This document shows, one piece after another, positions 24,901-39,900 of a DNA stretch of 64,000 bases. The first letter of the stretch is position 1. Each line of letters begins with the position of its first letter. This DNA is from Eledone cirrhosa (lineage: Eukaryota). The translations under genes were made by a program, and so were the position numbers. The DNA lies in the NCBI GenBank assembly GCA_964016885.1, contig OZ024741.1, forward strand, positions 281,666,001 to 281,730,000, read 5' to 3'. The notes under the pieces are model-generated. The model had not been told where the DNA came from, searched no databases, and saw only the letters and a program-made list of their open reading frames with translations.

Positions 24901-27900
24901 CTAGTGTTGTTTACTTCAACATCAGCACTGATCAGAGTACTAGTGTTGTTTACTTCAACATCAGCACTGATCAGAGTACTAGTGTTGTTTACTTCAACAT
25001 CAGCACTGATCAGAGTACTAGTGTTGTTTACTTCAACATCAGCACTGATCAGAGTACTAGTGTTGTTTACTTCAACATCAGCACTGATCAGAGTACTAGT
25101 GTTGTTTACTTCAACACTGATCAGAGTACTAGTGTTGTTTACTTCAACACTGATCAGAGCACTAGTGTTGTTTACTTCAACATCAGCACTGATCAAAGCA
25201 CTAGTGTTGTTTACTTCAACATCAGCACTGATCAGAGTACTAGTGTTGTTTACTTCAACATCAGCACTGATCAGAGTACTAGTGTTGTTTACTTCAACAC
25301 TGATCAGAGTACTAGTGTTGTTTACTTCAACATCAGCACTGATCAGAGTACTAGTGTTGTTTACTTCAACATCAGCACTGATCAGAGTACTAGTGTTGTT
25401 TACTTCAACACTGATCAGAGCACTAGTGTTGTTTACTTCAACATCAGCACTGATCAGAGTACTAGTGTTGTTTACTTCAACACTGATCAGAGCACTAGTG
25501 TTGTTTACTTCAACATCAGCACTGATCAGAGTACTAGTGTTGTTTACTTCAACACTGATCAGAGCACTAGTGTTGTTTACTTCATCATCAGCACTGATCA
25601 GAGCACTAGTGTTGTTTACTTCAACATCAGCACTGATCAGAGTACTAGTGTTGTTTACTTCAACACTGTTCAGAGTACTAGTGTTGTTTACTTCAACACT
25701 GATCAGAGCACTAGTGTTGTTTACTTCATCATCAGCACTGATCAGAGCACTAGTGTTGTTTACTTCATCATCAGCACTGATCAGAGCACTAGTGTTGTTT
25801 ACTTCAACACTGTTCAGAGCACTAGTGTTGTTTACTTCATCATCAGCACTGATCAGAGCACTAGTGTTGTTTACTTCAACACTGATCAGAGCACTAGTGT
25901 TGTTTACTTCATCATCAGCACTGATCAGAGCACTAGTGTTGTTTACTTCAACACTGATCAAAGCACTAGTGTTGTTTACTTCATCATCAGCACTGATCAG
26001 AGTACTAGTGTTGTTTACTTCAACACTGATCAGAGCACTAGTGTTGTTTACTTCAACACTGTTCAGAGCACTAGTGTTGTTTACTTCAACACTGTTCAGA
26101 GTACTAGTGTTGTTTACTTCATCATCAGCACTGATCAGAGCACTAGTGTTGTTTACTTCAACACTGTTCAGAGCACTAGTGTTGTTTACTTCAACACTGA
26201 TCAAAGCACTAGTGTTGTTTACTTCAACACTGATCAGAGCACTAGTGTTGTTTACTTCAACACTGATCAGAGCACTAGTGTTGTTTACTTCAACACTGAT
26301 CAGAGCACTAGTGTTGTTTACTTCAACACTGTTCAGAGTACTAGTGTTGTTTACTTCAACACTGTTCAGAGCACTAGTGTTGTTTACTTCAACACTGATC
26401 AAAGCACTAGTGTTGTTTACTTCAACACTGATCAGAGCACTAGTGTTGTTTACTTCAACACTGATCAGAGCACTAGTGTTGTTTACTTCAACATCAGCAC
26501 TGATCAGAGTACTAGTGTTGTTTACTTCAACATCAGCACTGATCAGAGTACTAGTGTTGTTTACTTCAACATCAGCACTGATCAGAGCACTAGTGTTGTT
26601 TACTTCAACATCAGCACTGAACAGAGTACTAGTGTTGTTTACTTCAACACTGATCAGAGCACTAGTGTTGTTTACTTCAACATCAGCACTGATCAGAGTA
26701 CTAGTGTTGTTTACTTCAACACTGATCAGAGCACTAGTGTTGTTTACTTCATCATCAGCACTGATCAGAGCACTAGTGTTGTTTACTTCAACACTGTTCA
26801 GAGTACTAGTGTTGTTTACTTCAATACTGTTCAGAGCACTAGTGTTGTTTACTTCAACACTGTTCAGAGTACTAGTGTTGTTTACTTCAACACTGATCAG
26901 AGTACTAGTGTTGTTTACTTCAACATCAGCACTGATCAGAGTACTAGTGTTGTTTACTTCAACACTGATCAGAGCACTAGTGTTGTTTACTTCAACACTG
27001 ATCAGAGCACTAGTGTTGTTTACTTCAACATCAGCACTGATCAGAGTACTAGTGTTGTTTACTTCAACATCAGCACTGATCAGAGTACTAGTGTTGTTTA
27101 CTTCAACACTGATCAGAGCACTAGTGTTGTTTACTTCAACATCAGCACTGATCAGAGTACTAGTGTTGTTTACTTCAACACTGATCAGAGCACTAGTGTT
27201 GTTTACTTCAACATCAGCACTGATCAGAGTACTAGTGTTGTTTACTTCAACATCAGCACTGATCAGAGTACTAGTGTTGTTTACTTCATCATCAGCACTG
27301 ATCAGAGTACTAGTGTTGTTTACTTCAACACTGATCAGAGCACTAGTGTTGTTTACTTCAACATCAGCACTGATCAGAGTACTAGTGTTGTTTACTTCAA
27401 CACTGATCAGAGCACTAGTGTTGTTTACTTCAACATCAGCACTGATCAGAGTACTAGTGTTGTTTACTTCAACATCAGCACTGATCAGAGCACTAGTGTT
27501 GTTTACTTCAACATCAGCACTGATCAGAGTACTAGTGTTGTTTACTTCAACATCAGCACTGATCAGAGTACTAGTGTTGTTTACTTCAACACTGATCAGA
27601 GCACTAGTGTTGTTTACTTCAACACTGATCAGAGCACTAGTGTTGTTTACTTCAACTTCAACACTGATCAGAGTACTAGTGTTGTTTACTTCAACATCAG
27701 CACTGATCAGAGTACTAGTGTTGTTTACTTCAACACTGATCAGAGCACTAGTGTTGTTTACTTCAACATCAGCACTGATCAGAGTACTAGTGTTGTTTAC
27801 TTCAACATCAGCACTGATCAGAGCACTAGTGTTGTTTACTTCAACATCAGCACTGATCAGAGTACTAGTGTTGTTTACTTCAACATCAGCACTGATCAGA

Positions 27901-30900
27901 GTACTAGTGTTGTTTACTTCAACACTGATCAGAGCACTAGTGTTGTTTACTTCAACACTGATCAGAGCACTAGTGTTGTTTACTTCAACTTCAACACTGA
28001 TCAGAGTACTAGTGTTGTTTACTTCAACATCAGCACTGATCAGAGTACTAGTGTTGTTTACTTCAACACTGATCAGAGCACTAGTGTTGTTTACTTCAAC
28101 ATCAGCACTGATCAGAGTACTAGTGTTGTTTACTTCAACATCAGCACTGATCAGAGCACTAGTGTTGTTTACTTCAACATCAGCACTGATCAGAGTACTA
28201 GTGTTGTTTACTTCAACATCAGCACTGATCAGAGTACTAGTGTTGTTTACTTCAACACTGATCAGAGCACTAGTGTTGTTTACTTCAACACTGATCAGAG
28301 CACTAGTGTTGTTTACTTCAACTTCAACACTGATCAGAGTACTAGTGTTGTTTACTTCAACATCAGCACTGATCAGAGTACTAGTGTTGTTTACTTCAAC
28401 ACTGATCAGAGCACTAGTGTTGTTTACTTCAACATCAGCACTGATCAGAGTACTAGTGTTGTTTACTTCAACACTGATCAGAGCACTAGTGTTGTTTACT
28501 TCAACATCAGCACTGATCAGAGTACTAGTGTTGTTTACTTCAACATCAGCACTGATCAGAGTACTAGTGTTGTTTACTTCATCATCAGCACTGATCAGAG
28601 TACTAGTGTTGTTTACTTCAACACTGATCAGAGCACTAGTGTTGTTTACTTCAACATCAGCACTGATCAGAGTACTAGTGTTGTTTACTTCAACACTGAT
28701 CAGAGCACTAGTGTTGTTTACTTCAACATCAGCACTGATCAGAGTACTAGTGTTGTTTACTTCAACATCAGCACTGATCAGAGCACTAGTGTTGTTTACT
28801 TCAACATCAGCACTGATCAGAGTACTAGTGTTGTTTACTTCAACATCAGCACTGATCAGAGCACTAGTGTTGTTTACTTCAACACTGATCAGAGCACTAG
28901 TGTTGTTTACTTCAACACTGATCAGAGCACTAGTGTTGTTTACTTCAACATCAGCACTGATCAGAGCACTAGTGTTGTTTACTTCAACATCAGCACTGAT
29001 CAGAGCACTAGTGTTGTTTACTTCAACATCAGCACTGATCAAAGCACTAGTGTTGTTTACTTCAACATCAGCACTGATCAGAGCACTAGTGTTGTTTACT
29101 TCAACATCAGCACTGATCAAAGCACTAGTGTTGTTTACTTCAACATCAGCACTGATCAGAGCACTAGTGTTGTTTACTTCAACATCAGCACTGATCAAAG
29201 CACTAGTGTTGTTTACTTCAACATCAGCACTGATCAGAGCACTAGTGTTGTTTACTTCAACATCAGCACTGATCAGAGCACTAGTGTTGTTTACTTCAAC
29301 ATCAGCACTGATCAAAGCACTAGTGTTGTTTACTTCAACATCAGCACTGATCAGAGCACTAGTGTTGTTTACTTCAACATCAGCACTGATCAAAGCACTA
29401 GTGTTGTTTACTTCAACATCAGCACTGATCAGAGCACTAGTGTTGTTTACTTCAACATCAGCACTGATCAGAGCACTAGTGTTGTTTACTTCAACATCAG
29501 CACTGATCAAAGCGCTAGTGTTGTTTACTTCAACATCAGCACTGATCAGAGCACTAGTGTTGTTTACTTCAACATCAGCACTGATCAAAGCACTAGTGTT
29601 GTTTACTTCAACATCAGCACTGATCAGAGCACTAGTGTTGTTTACTTCAACATCAGCACTGATCAGAGCACTAGTGTTGTTTACTTCAACATCAGCACTG
29701 ATCAAAGCACTAGTGTTGTTTACTTCAACATCAGCACTGATCAGAGTACTAGTGTTGTTTACTTCAACACTGATCAGAGCACTAGTGTTGTTTACTTCAA
29801 CATCAGCACTGATCAGAGTACTAGTGTTGTTTACTTCAACACTGATCAGAGCACTAGTGTTGTTTACTTCAACATCAGCACTGATCAGAGTACTAGTGTT
29901 GTTTACTTCAACATCAGCACTGATCAGAGTACTAGTGTTGTTTACTTCAACACTGATCAGAGCACTAGTGTTGTTTACTTCAACATCAGCACTGATCAGA
30001 GTACTAGTGTTGTTTACTTCAACATCAGCACTGATCAGAGTACTAGTGTTGTTTACTTCATCATCAGCACTGATCAGAGTACTAGTGTTGTTTACTTCAA
30101 CACTGATCAGAGCACTAGTGTTGTTTACTTCAACATCAGCACTGATCAGAGTACTAGTGTTGTTTACTTCAACACTGATCAGAGCACTAGTGTTGTTTCC
30201 TTCAACATCAGCACTGATCAGAGTACTAGTGTTGTTTACTTCAACATCAGCACTGATCAGAGCACTAGTGTTGTTTACTTCAACATCAGCACTGATCAGA
30301 GTACTAGTGTTGTTTACTTCAACATCAGCACTGATCAAAGCACTAGTGTTGTTTACTTCAACATCAGCACTGATCAGAGCACTAGTGTTGTTTACTTCAA
30401 CATCAGCACTGATCAAAGCACTAGTGTTGTTTACTTCAACATCAGCACTGATCAGAGTACTAGTGTTGTTTACTTCAACATCAGCACTGATCAGAGCACT
30501 AGTGTTGTTTACTTCAACATCAGCACTGATCAAAGCACTAGTGTTGTTTACTTCAACATCAGCACTGATCAGAGCACTAGTGTTGTTTACTTCAACATCA
30601 GCACTGATCAAAGCACTAGTGTTCTTTACTTCAACATCAGCACTGATCAGTGCACTAGTGTTGTTTACTTCAACATCAGCACTGATCAAAGCACTAGTGT
30701 TGTTTACTTCAACATCAGCACTGATCAGAGCACTAGTGTTGTTTACTTCAACATCAGCACTGATCAGAGCACTAGTGTTGTTTACTTCAACACTGATCAA
30801 AGCACTAGTGTTGTTTACTTCAACATCAGCACTGATCAGAGCACTAGTGTTGTTTACTTCAACATCAGCACTGATCAGAGCACTAGTGTTGTTTACTTCA

Positions 30901-33900
30901 ACACTGATCAAAGCACTAGTGTTGTTTACTTCAACATCAGCACTGATCAGAGTACTAGTGTTGTTTACTTCAACATCAGCACTGATCAGAGCACTAGTGT
31001 TGTTTACTTCAACATCAGCACTGATCAGAGTACTAGTGTTGTTTACTTCAACACTGATCAGAGTACTAGTGTTGTTTACTTCAACATCAGCACTGATCAG
31101 AGTACTAGCGTTGTTTACTTCAACACTGATCAGAGCACTAGTGTTGTTTACTTCAACACTGATCAGAGCACTAGTGTTGTTTACTTCAACACTGATCAGA
31201 GTACTAGTGTTGTTTACTTCAACACTGATCAGAGTACTAGTGTTGTTTACTTCAACACTGATCAGAGCACTAGTGTTGTTTACTTCAACACTGATCAGAG
31301 TACTAGTGTTGTTTACTTCAACACTGATCAGAGCACTAGTGTTGTTTACTTCAACACTGATCAGAGCACTAGTGTTGTTTACTTCAACACTGATCAGAGT
31401 ACTAGTGTTGTTTACTTCAACATCAGCACTGATCAGAGTACTAGTGTTGTTTACTTCAACATCAGCACTGATCAGAGTACTAGTGTTGTTTACTTCAACA
31501 TCAGCACTGATCAGAGTACTAGTGTTGTTTACTTCAACATCAGCACTGATCAGAGTACTAGTGTTGTTTACTTCAACATCAGCACTGATCAGAGTACTAG
31601 TGTTGTTTACTTCAACACTGATCAGAGCACTAGTGTTGTTTACTTCAACATCAGCACTGATCAGAGTACTAGTGTTGTTTACTTCAACATCAGCACTGAT
31701 CAGAGCACTAGTGTTGTTTACTTCAACACTGATCAGAGCACTAGTGTTGTTTACTTCAACATCAGCACTGATCAGAGCACTAGTGTTGTTTACTTCAACA
31801 CTGATCAGAGTACTAGTGTTGTTTACTTCAACACTGATCAGAGCACTAGTGTTGTTTACTTCATCATCAGCACTGATCAGAGTACTAGTGTTGTTTACTT
31901 CAACATCAGCACTGATCAGAGCACTAGTGTTGTTTACTTCAACACTGATCAGAGCACTAGTGTTGTTTACTTCATCATCAGCACTGATCAGAGTACTAGT
32001 GTTGTTTACTTCAACATCAGCACTGATCAGAGTACTAGTGTTGTTTACTTCAACACTGATCAGAGCACTAGTGTTGTTTACTTCAACATCAGCACTGATC
32101 AGAGTACTAGTGTTGTTTACTTCAACACTGATCAGAGCACTAGTGTTGTTTACTTCAACATCAGCACTGATCAGAGTACTAGTGTTGTTTACTTCAACAC
32201 TGATCAGAGCACTAGTGTTGTTTACTTCAACATCAGCACTGATCAGAGTACTAGTGTTGTTTACTTCAACATCAGCACTGATCAGAGTACTAGTGTTGTT
32301 TACTTCAACACTGATCAGAGCACTAGTGTTGTTTACTTCAACATCAGCACTGATCAGAGTACTAGTGTTGTTTACTTCAACATCAGCACTGATCAGAGTA
32401 CTAGTGTTGTTTACTTCATCATCAGCACTGATCAGAGTACTAGTGTTGTTTACTTCAACATCAGCACTGATCAGAGTACTAGTGTTGTTTACTTCATCAT
32501 CAGCACTGATCAGAGCACTAGTGTTGTTTACTTCAACACTGATCAGAGTACTAGTGTTGTTTACTTCAACATCAGCACTGATCAGAGTACTAGTGTTGTT
32601 TACTTCAACACTGTTCAGAGTACTAGTGTTGTTTACTTCAACACTGTTCAGAGCACTAGTGTTGTTTACTTCATCATCAGCACTGATCAGAGTACTAGTG
32701 TTGTTTACTTCAACACTGATCAGAGCACTAGTGTTGTTTACTTCAACATCAGCACTGATCAGAGTACTAGTGTTGTTTACTTCAACATCAGCACTGATCA
32801 GAGCACTAGTGTTGTTTACTTCAACATCAGCACTGATCAGAGTACTAGTGTTGTTTACTTCAACACTGATCAGAGTACTAGTGTTGTTTACTTCAACACT
32901 GATCAGAGTACTAGTGTTGTTTACTTCAACACTGATCAGAGTACTAGTGTTGTTTACTTCAACACTGATCAGAGTACTAGTGTTGTTTACTTCAACATCA
33001 GCACTGATCAGAGCACTAGTGTTGTTTACTTCAACACTGATCAGAGCACTAGTGTTGTTTACTTCAACACTGATCAGAGCACTAGTGTTGTTTACTTCAA
33101 CATCAGCACTGATCAGAGCACTAGTGTTGTTTACTTCAACATCAGCACTGATCAGAGCACTAGTGTTGTTTACTTCAACATCAGCACTGATCAAAGCACT
33201 AGTGTTGTTTACTTCAACATCAGCACTGATCAGAGCACTAGTGTTGTTTACTTCAACATCAGCACTGATCAAAGCACTAGTGTTGTTTACTTCAACATCA
33301 GCACTGATCAGAGCACTAGTGTTGTTTACTTCAACATCAGCACTGATCAAAGCACTAGTGTTGTTTACTTCAACATCAGCACTGATCAGAGCACTAGTGT
33401 TGTTTACTTCAACATCAGCACTGATCAGAGCACTAGTGTTGTTTACTTCAACATCAGCACTGATCAAAGCACTAGTGTTGTTTACTTCAACATCAGCACT
33501 GATCAGAGCACTAGTGTTGTTTACTTCAACATCAGCACTGATCAAAGCACTAGTGTTGTTTACTTCAACATCAGCACTGATCAGAGCACTAGTGTTGTTT
33601 ACTTCAACATCAGCACTGATCAGAGCACTAGTGTTGTTTACTTCAACATCAGCACTGATCAAAGCACTAGTGTTGTTTACTTCAACATCAGCACTGATCA
33701 GAGCACTAGTGTTGTTTACTTCAACATCAGCACTGATCAAAGCACTAGTGTTGTTTACTTCAACATCAGCACTGATCAGAGCACTAGTGTTGTTTACTTC
33801 AACATCAGCACTGATCAGAGCACTAGTGTTGTTTACTTCAACATCAGCACTGATCAAAGCACTAGTGTTGTTTACTTCAACATCAGCACTGATCAGAGCA

Positions 33901-36900
33901 CTAGTGTTGTTTACTTCAACATCAGCACTGATCAAAGCACTAGTGTTGTTTACTTCAACATCAGCACTGATCAGAGCACTAGTGTTGTTTACTTCAACAT
34001 CAGCACTGATCAAAGCACTAGTGTTGTTTACTTCAACATCAGCACTGATCAGAGCACTAGTGTTGTTTACTTCAACATCAGCACTGATCAGAGCACTAGT
34101 GTTGTTTACTTCAACATCAGCACTGATCAAAGCACTAGTGTTGTTTACTTCAACATCAGCACTGATCAGAGTACTAGTGTTGTTTACTTCAACACTGATC
34201 AGAGCACTAGTGTTGTTTACTTCAACATCAGCACTGATCAGAGTACTAGTGTTGTTTACTTCAACACTGATCAGAGCACTAGTGTTGTTTACTTCAACAT
34301 CAGCACTGATCAGAGTACTAGTGTTGTTTACTTCAACATCAGCACTGATCAGAGTACTAGTGTTGTTTACTTCAACACTGATCAGAGCACTAGTGTTGTT
34401 TACTTCAACATCAGCACTGATCAGAGTACTAGTGTTGTTTACTTCAACATCAGCACTGATCAGAGTACTAGTGTTGTTTACTTCATCATCAGCACTGATC
34501 AGAGTACTAGTGTTGTTTACTTCAACACTGATCAGAGCACTAGTGTTGTTTACTTCAACATCAGCACTGATCAGAGTACTAGTGTTGTTTACTTCAACAT
34601 CAGCACTGATCAGAGTACTAGTGTTGTTTACTTCAACACTGATCAGAGCACTAGTGTTGTTTACTTCAACATCAGCACTGATCAGAGTACTAGTGTTGTT
34701 TACTTCAACATCAGCACTGATCAGAGTACTAGTGTTGTTTACTTCAACATCAGCACTGATCAGAGTACTAGTGTTGTTTACTTCAACACTGATCAGAGCA
34801 CTAGTGTTGTTTACTTCAACATCAGCACTGATCAGAGTACTAGTGTTGTTTACTTCAACATCAGCACTGATCAGAGCACTAGTGTTGTTTACTTCAACAT
34901 CAGCACTGATCAGAGTACTAGTGTTGTTTACTTCAACATCAGCACTGATCAAAGCACTAGTGTTGTTTACTTCAACATCAGCACTGATCAGAGCACTAGT
35001 GTTGTTTACTTCAACATCAGCACTGATCAAAGCACTAGTGTTGTTTACTTCAACACTGATCAAAGCACTAGTGTTGTTTACTTCAACATCAGCACTGATC
35101 AGAGCACTAGTGTTGTTTACTTCAACATCAGCACTGATCAGAGCACTAGTGTTGTTTACTTCAACATCAGCACTGATCAAAGCACTAGTGTTGTTTACTT
35201 CAACATCAGCACTGATCAGAGCACTAGTGTTGTTTACTTCAACATCAGCACTGATCAAAGCACTAGTGTTGTTTACTTCAACATCAGCACTGATCAGAGC
35301 ACTAGTGTTGTTTACTTCAACATCAGCACTGATCAAAGCACTAGTGTTGTTTACTTCAACATCAGCACTGATCAGAGCACTAGTGTTGTTTACTTCAACA
35401 TCAGCACTGATCAGAGCACTAGTGTTGTTTACTTCAACACTGATCAAAGCACTAGTGTTGTTTACTTCAACATCAGCACTGATCAGAGCACTAGTGTTGT
35501 GTACTTCAACATCAGCACTGATCAGAGCACTAGTGTTGTTTACTTCAACACTGATCAAAGCACTAGTGTTGTTTACTTCAACATCAGCACTGATCAGAGT
35601 ACTAGTGTTGTTTACTTCAACATCAGCACTGATCAGAGCACTAGTGTTGTTTACTTCAACATCAGCACTGATCAGAGTACTAGTGTTGTTTACTTCAACA
35701 CTGATCAGAGTACTAGTGTTGTTTACTTCAACATCAGCACTGATCAGAGTACTAGCGTTGTTTACTTCAACACTGATCAGAGCACTAGTGTTGTTTACTT
35801 CAACACTGATCAGAGCACTAGTGTTGTTTACTTCAACACTGATCAGAGTACTAGTGTTGTTTACTTCAACACTGATCAGAGTACTAGTGTTGTTTACTTC
35901 AACACTGATCAGAGCACTAGTGTTGTTTACTTCAACACTGATCAGAGTACTAGTGTTGTTTACTTCAACACTGATCAGAGCACTAGTGTTGTTTACTTCA
36001 ACACTGATCAGAGCACTAGTGTTGTTTACTTCAACACTGATCAGAGTACTAGTGTTGTTTACTTCAACATCAGCACTGATCAGAGTACTAGTGTTGTTTA
36101 CTTCAACATCAGCACTGATCAGAGTACTAGTGTTGTTTACTTCAACATCAGCACTGATCAGAGTACTAGTGTTGTTTACTTCAACATCAGCACTGATCAG
36201 AGTACTAGTGTTGTTTACTTCAACATCAGCACTGATCAGAGTACTAGTGTTGTTTACTTCAACACTGATCAGAGCACTAGTGTTGTTTACTTCAACATCA
36301 GCACTGATCAGAGTACTAGTGTTGTTTACTTCAACATCAGCACTGATCAGAGCACTAGTGTTGTTTACTTCAACATCAGCACTGATCAGAGCACTAGTGT
36401 TGTTTACTTCAACATCAGCACTGATCAGAGCACTAGTGTTGTTTACTTCAACACTGATCAGAGTACTAGTGTTGTTTACTTCAACACTGATCAGAGCACT
36501 AGTGTTGTTTACTTCAACACTGATCAGAGTACTAGTGTTGTTTACTTCATCATCAGCACTGATCAGAGTACTAGTGTTGTTTACTTCAACATCAGCACTG
36601 ATCAGAGCACTAGTGTTGTTTACTTCAACACTGATCAGAGCACTAGTGTTGTTTACTTCATCATCAGCACTGATCAGAGTACTAGTGTTGTTTACTTCAA
36701 CATCAGCACTGATCAGAGCACTAGTGTTGTTTACTTCAACATCAGCACTGATCAGAGTACTAGTGTTGTTTACTTCAACACTGATCAGAGCACTAGTGTT
36801 GTTTACTTCAACATCAGCACTGATCAGAGTACTAGTGTTGTTTACTTCAACACTGATCAGAGCACTAGTGTTGTTTACTTCAACATCAGCACTGATCAGA

Positions 36901-39900
36901 GTACTAGTGTTGTTTACTTCAACATCAGCACTGATCAGAGTACTAGTGTTGTTTACTTCAACACTGATCAGAGCACTAGTGTTGTTTACTTCAACATCAG
37001 CACTGATCAGAGTACTAGTGTTGTTTACTTCAACATCAGCACTGATCAGAGTACTAGTGTTGTTTACTTCATCATCAGCACTGATCAGAGTACTAGTGTT
37101 GTTTACTTCAACATCAGCACTGATCAGAGTACTAGTGTTGTTTACTTCATCATCAGCACTGATCAGAGCACTAGTGTTGTTTACTTCAACACTGATCAGA
37201 GTACTAGTGTTGTTTACTTCAACATCAGCACTGATCAGAGTACTAGTGTTGTTTACTTCAACACTGTTCAGAGTACTAGTGTTGTTTACTTCAACACTGT
37301 TCAGAGCACTAGTGTTGTTTACTTCATCATCAGCACTGATCAGAGTACTAGTGTTGTTTACTTCAACATCAGCACTGATCAGAGTACTAGTCTTGTTTAC
37401 TTCAACACTGTTCAGAGCACTAGTGTTGTTTACTTCAACATCAGCACTGATCAGAGTACTAGTGTTGTTTACTTCAACACTGTTCAGAGTACTAGTGTTG
37501 TTTACTTCAACACTGTTCAGAGCACTAGTGTTGTTTACTTCATCATCAGCACTGATCAGAGTACTAGTGTTGTTTACTTCAACATCAGCACTGATCAGAG
37601 TACTAGTGTTGTTTACTTCAACACTGTTCAGAGCACTAGTGTTGTTTACTTCAACATCAGCACTGATCAGAGTACTAGTGTTGTTTACTTCATCATCAGC
37701 ACTGATCAGAGTACTAGTGTTGTTTACTTCAACATCAGCACTGATCAGAGTACTAGTGTTGTTTACTTCAACACTGATCAGAGCACTAGTGTTGTTTACT
37801 TCAACATCAGCACTGATCAGAGTACTAGTGTTGTTTACTTCAACATCAGCACTGATCAGAGCACTAGTGTTGTTTACTTCATCATCAGCACTGATCAGAG
37901 TACTAGTGTTGTTTACTTCAACATCAGCACTGATCAGAGTACTAGTGTTGTTTACTTCAACACTGATCAGAGCACTAGTGTTGTTTACTTCAACATCAGC
38001 ACTGATCAGAGTACTAGTGTTGTTTACTTCAACATCAGCACTGATCAGAGCACTAGTGTTGTTTACTTCATCATCAGCACTGATCAGAGTACTAGTGTTG
38101 TTTACTTCAACACTGATCAGAGCACTAGTGTTGTTTACTTCAACATCAGCACTGATCAGAGTACTAGTGTTGTTTACTTCAACACTGATCAGAGCACTAG
38201 TGTTGTTTACTTCAACATCACCACTGATCAGAGCACTAGTGTTGTTTACTTCATCATCAGCACTGATCAGAGTACTAGTGTTGTTTACTTCAACATCAGC
38301 ACTGATCAGAGCACTAGTGTTGTTTACTTCAACACTGATCAAAGCACTAGTGTTGTTTACTTCAACACTGATCAGAGCACTAGTGTTGTTTACTTCAACA
38401 TCAGCACTGATCAGAGTACTAGTGTTGTTTACTTCAACACTGATCAGAGTACTAGTGTTGTTTACTTCAACATCAGCACTGATCAGAGCACTAGTGTTGT
38501 TTACTTCAACATCAGCACTGATCAGAGCACTAGTGTTGTTTACTTCATCATCAGCACTGATCAGAGTACTAGTGTTGTTTACTTCATCATCAGCACTGAT
38601 CAGAGTACTAGTGTTGTTTACTTCAACATCAGCACTGATCAGAGTACTAGTGTTGTTTACTTCAACATCAGCACTGATCAGAGCACTAGTGTTGTTTACT
38701 TCAACACTGATCAAAGCACTAGTGTTGTTTACTTCATCATCAGCACTGATCAGAGCACTAGTGTTGTTTACTTCAACATCAGCACTGATCAGAGCACTAG
38801 TGTTGTTTACTTCAACATCAGCACTGATCAGAGCACTAGTGTTGTTTACTTCAACATCAGCACTGATCAGAGCACTAGTGTTGTTTACTTCATCATCAGC
38901 ACTGATCAGAGTACTAGCGTTGTTTACTTCAACATCAGCACTGATCAGAGTACTAGTGTTGTTTACTTCATCATCAGCACTGATCAGAGCACTAGTGTTG
39001 TTTACTTCAACATCAGCACTGATCAGAGTACTAGTGTTGTTTACTTCAACACTGATCAGAGCACTAGTGTTGTTTACTTCAACATCAGCACTGATCAGAG
39101 CACTAGTGTTGTTTACTTCAACATCAGCACTGATCAGAGCACTAGTGTTGTTTACTTCAACATCAGCACTGATCAGAGCACTAGTGTTGTTTACTTCAAC
39201 ATCAGCACTGATCAGAGCACTAGTGTTGTTTACTTCAACATCAGCACTGATCAGAGCACTAGTGTTGTTTACTTCAACATCAGCACTGATCAGAGCACTA
39301 GTGTTGTTTACTTCATCATCAGCACTGATCAGAGTACTAGCGTTGTTTACTTCAACATCAGCACTGATCAGAGTACTAGTGTTGTTTACTTCATCATCAG
39401 CACTGATCAGAGCACTAGTGTTGTTTACTTCAACATCAGCACTGATCAGAGTACTAGTGTTGTTTACTTCAACACTGATCAGAGCACTAGTGTTGTTTAC
39501 TTCAACATCAGCACTGATCAGAGTACTAGTGTTGTTTACTTCATCATCAGCACTGATCAGAGTACTAGCGTTGTTTACTTCAACATCAGCACTGATCAGA
39601 GCACTAGTGTTGTTTACTTCAACACTGATCAGAGTACTAGTGTTGTTTACTTCAACATCAGCACTGATCAGAGCACTAGTGTTGTTTACTTCATCATCAG
39701 CACTGATCAGAGTACTAGTGTTGTTTACTTCAACATCAGCACTGATCAGAGCACTAGTGTTGTTTACTTCAACACTGATCAGAGCACTAGTGTTGTTTAC
39801 TTCATCATCAGCATTGATCAGAGCACTAGTGTTGTTTACTTCAACACTGTTCAGAGTACTAGCGTTGTTTACTTCAACATCAGCACTGATCAGAGTACTA

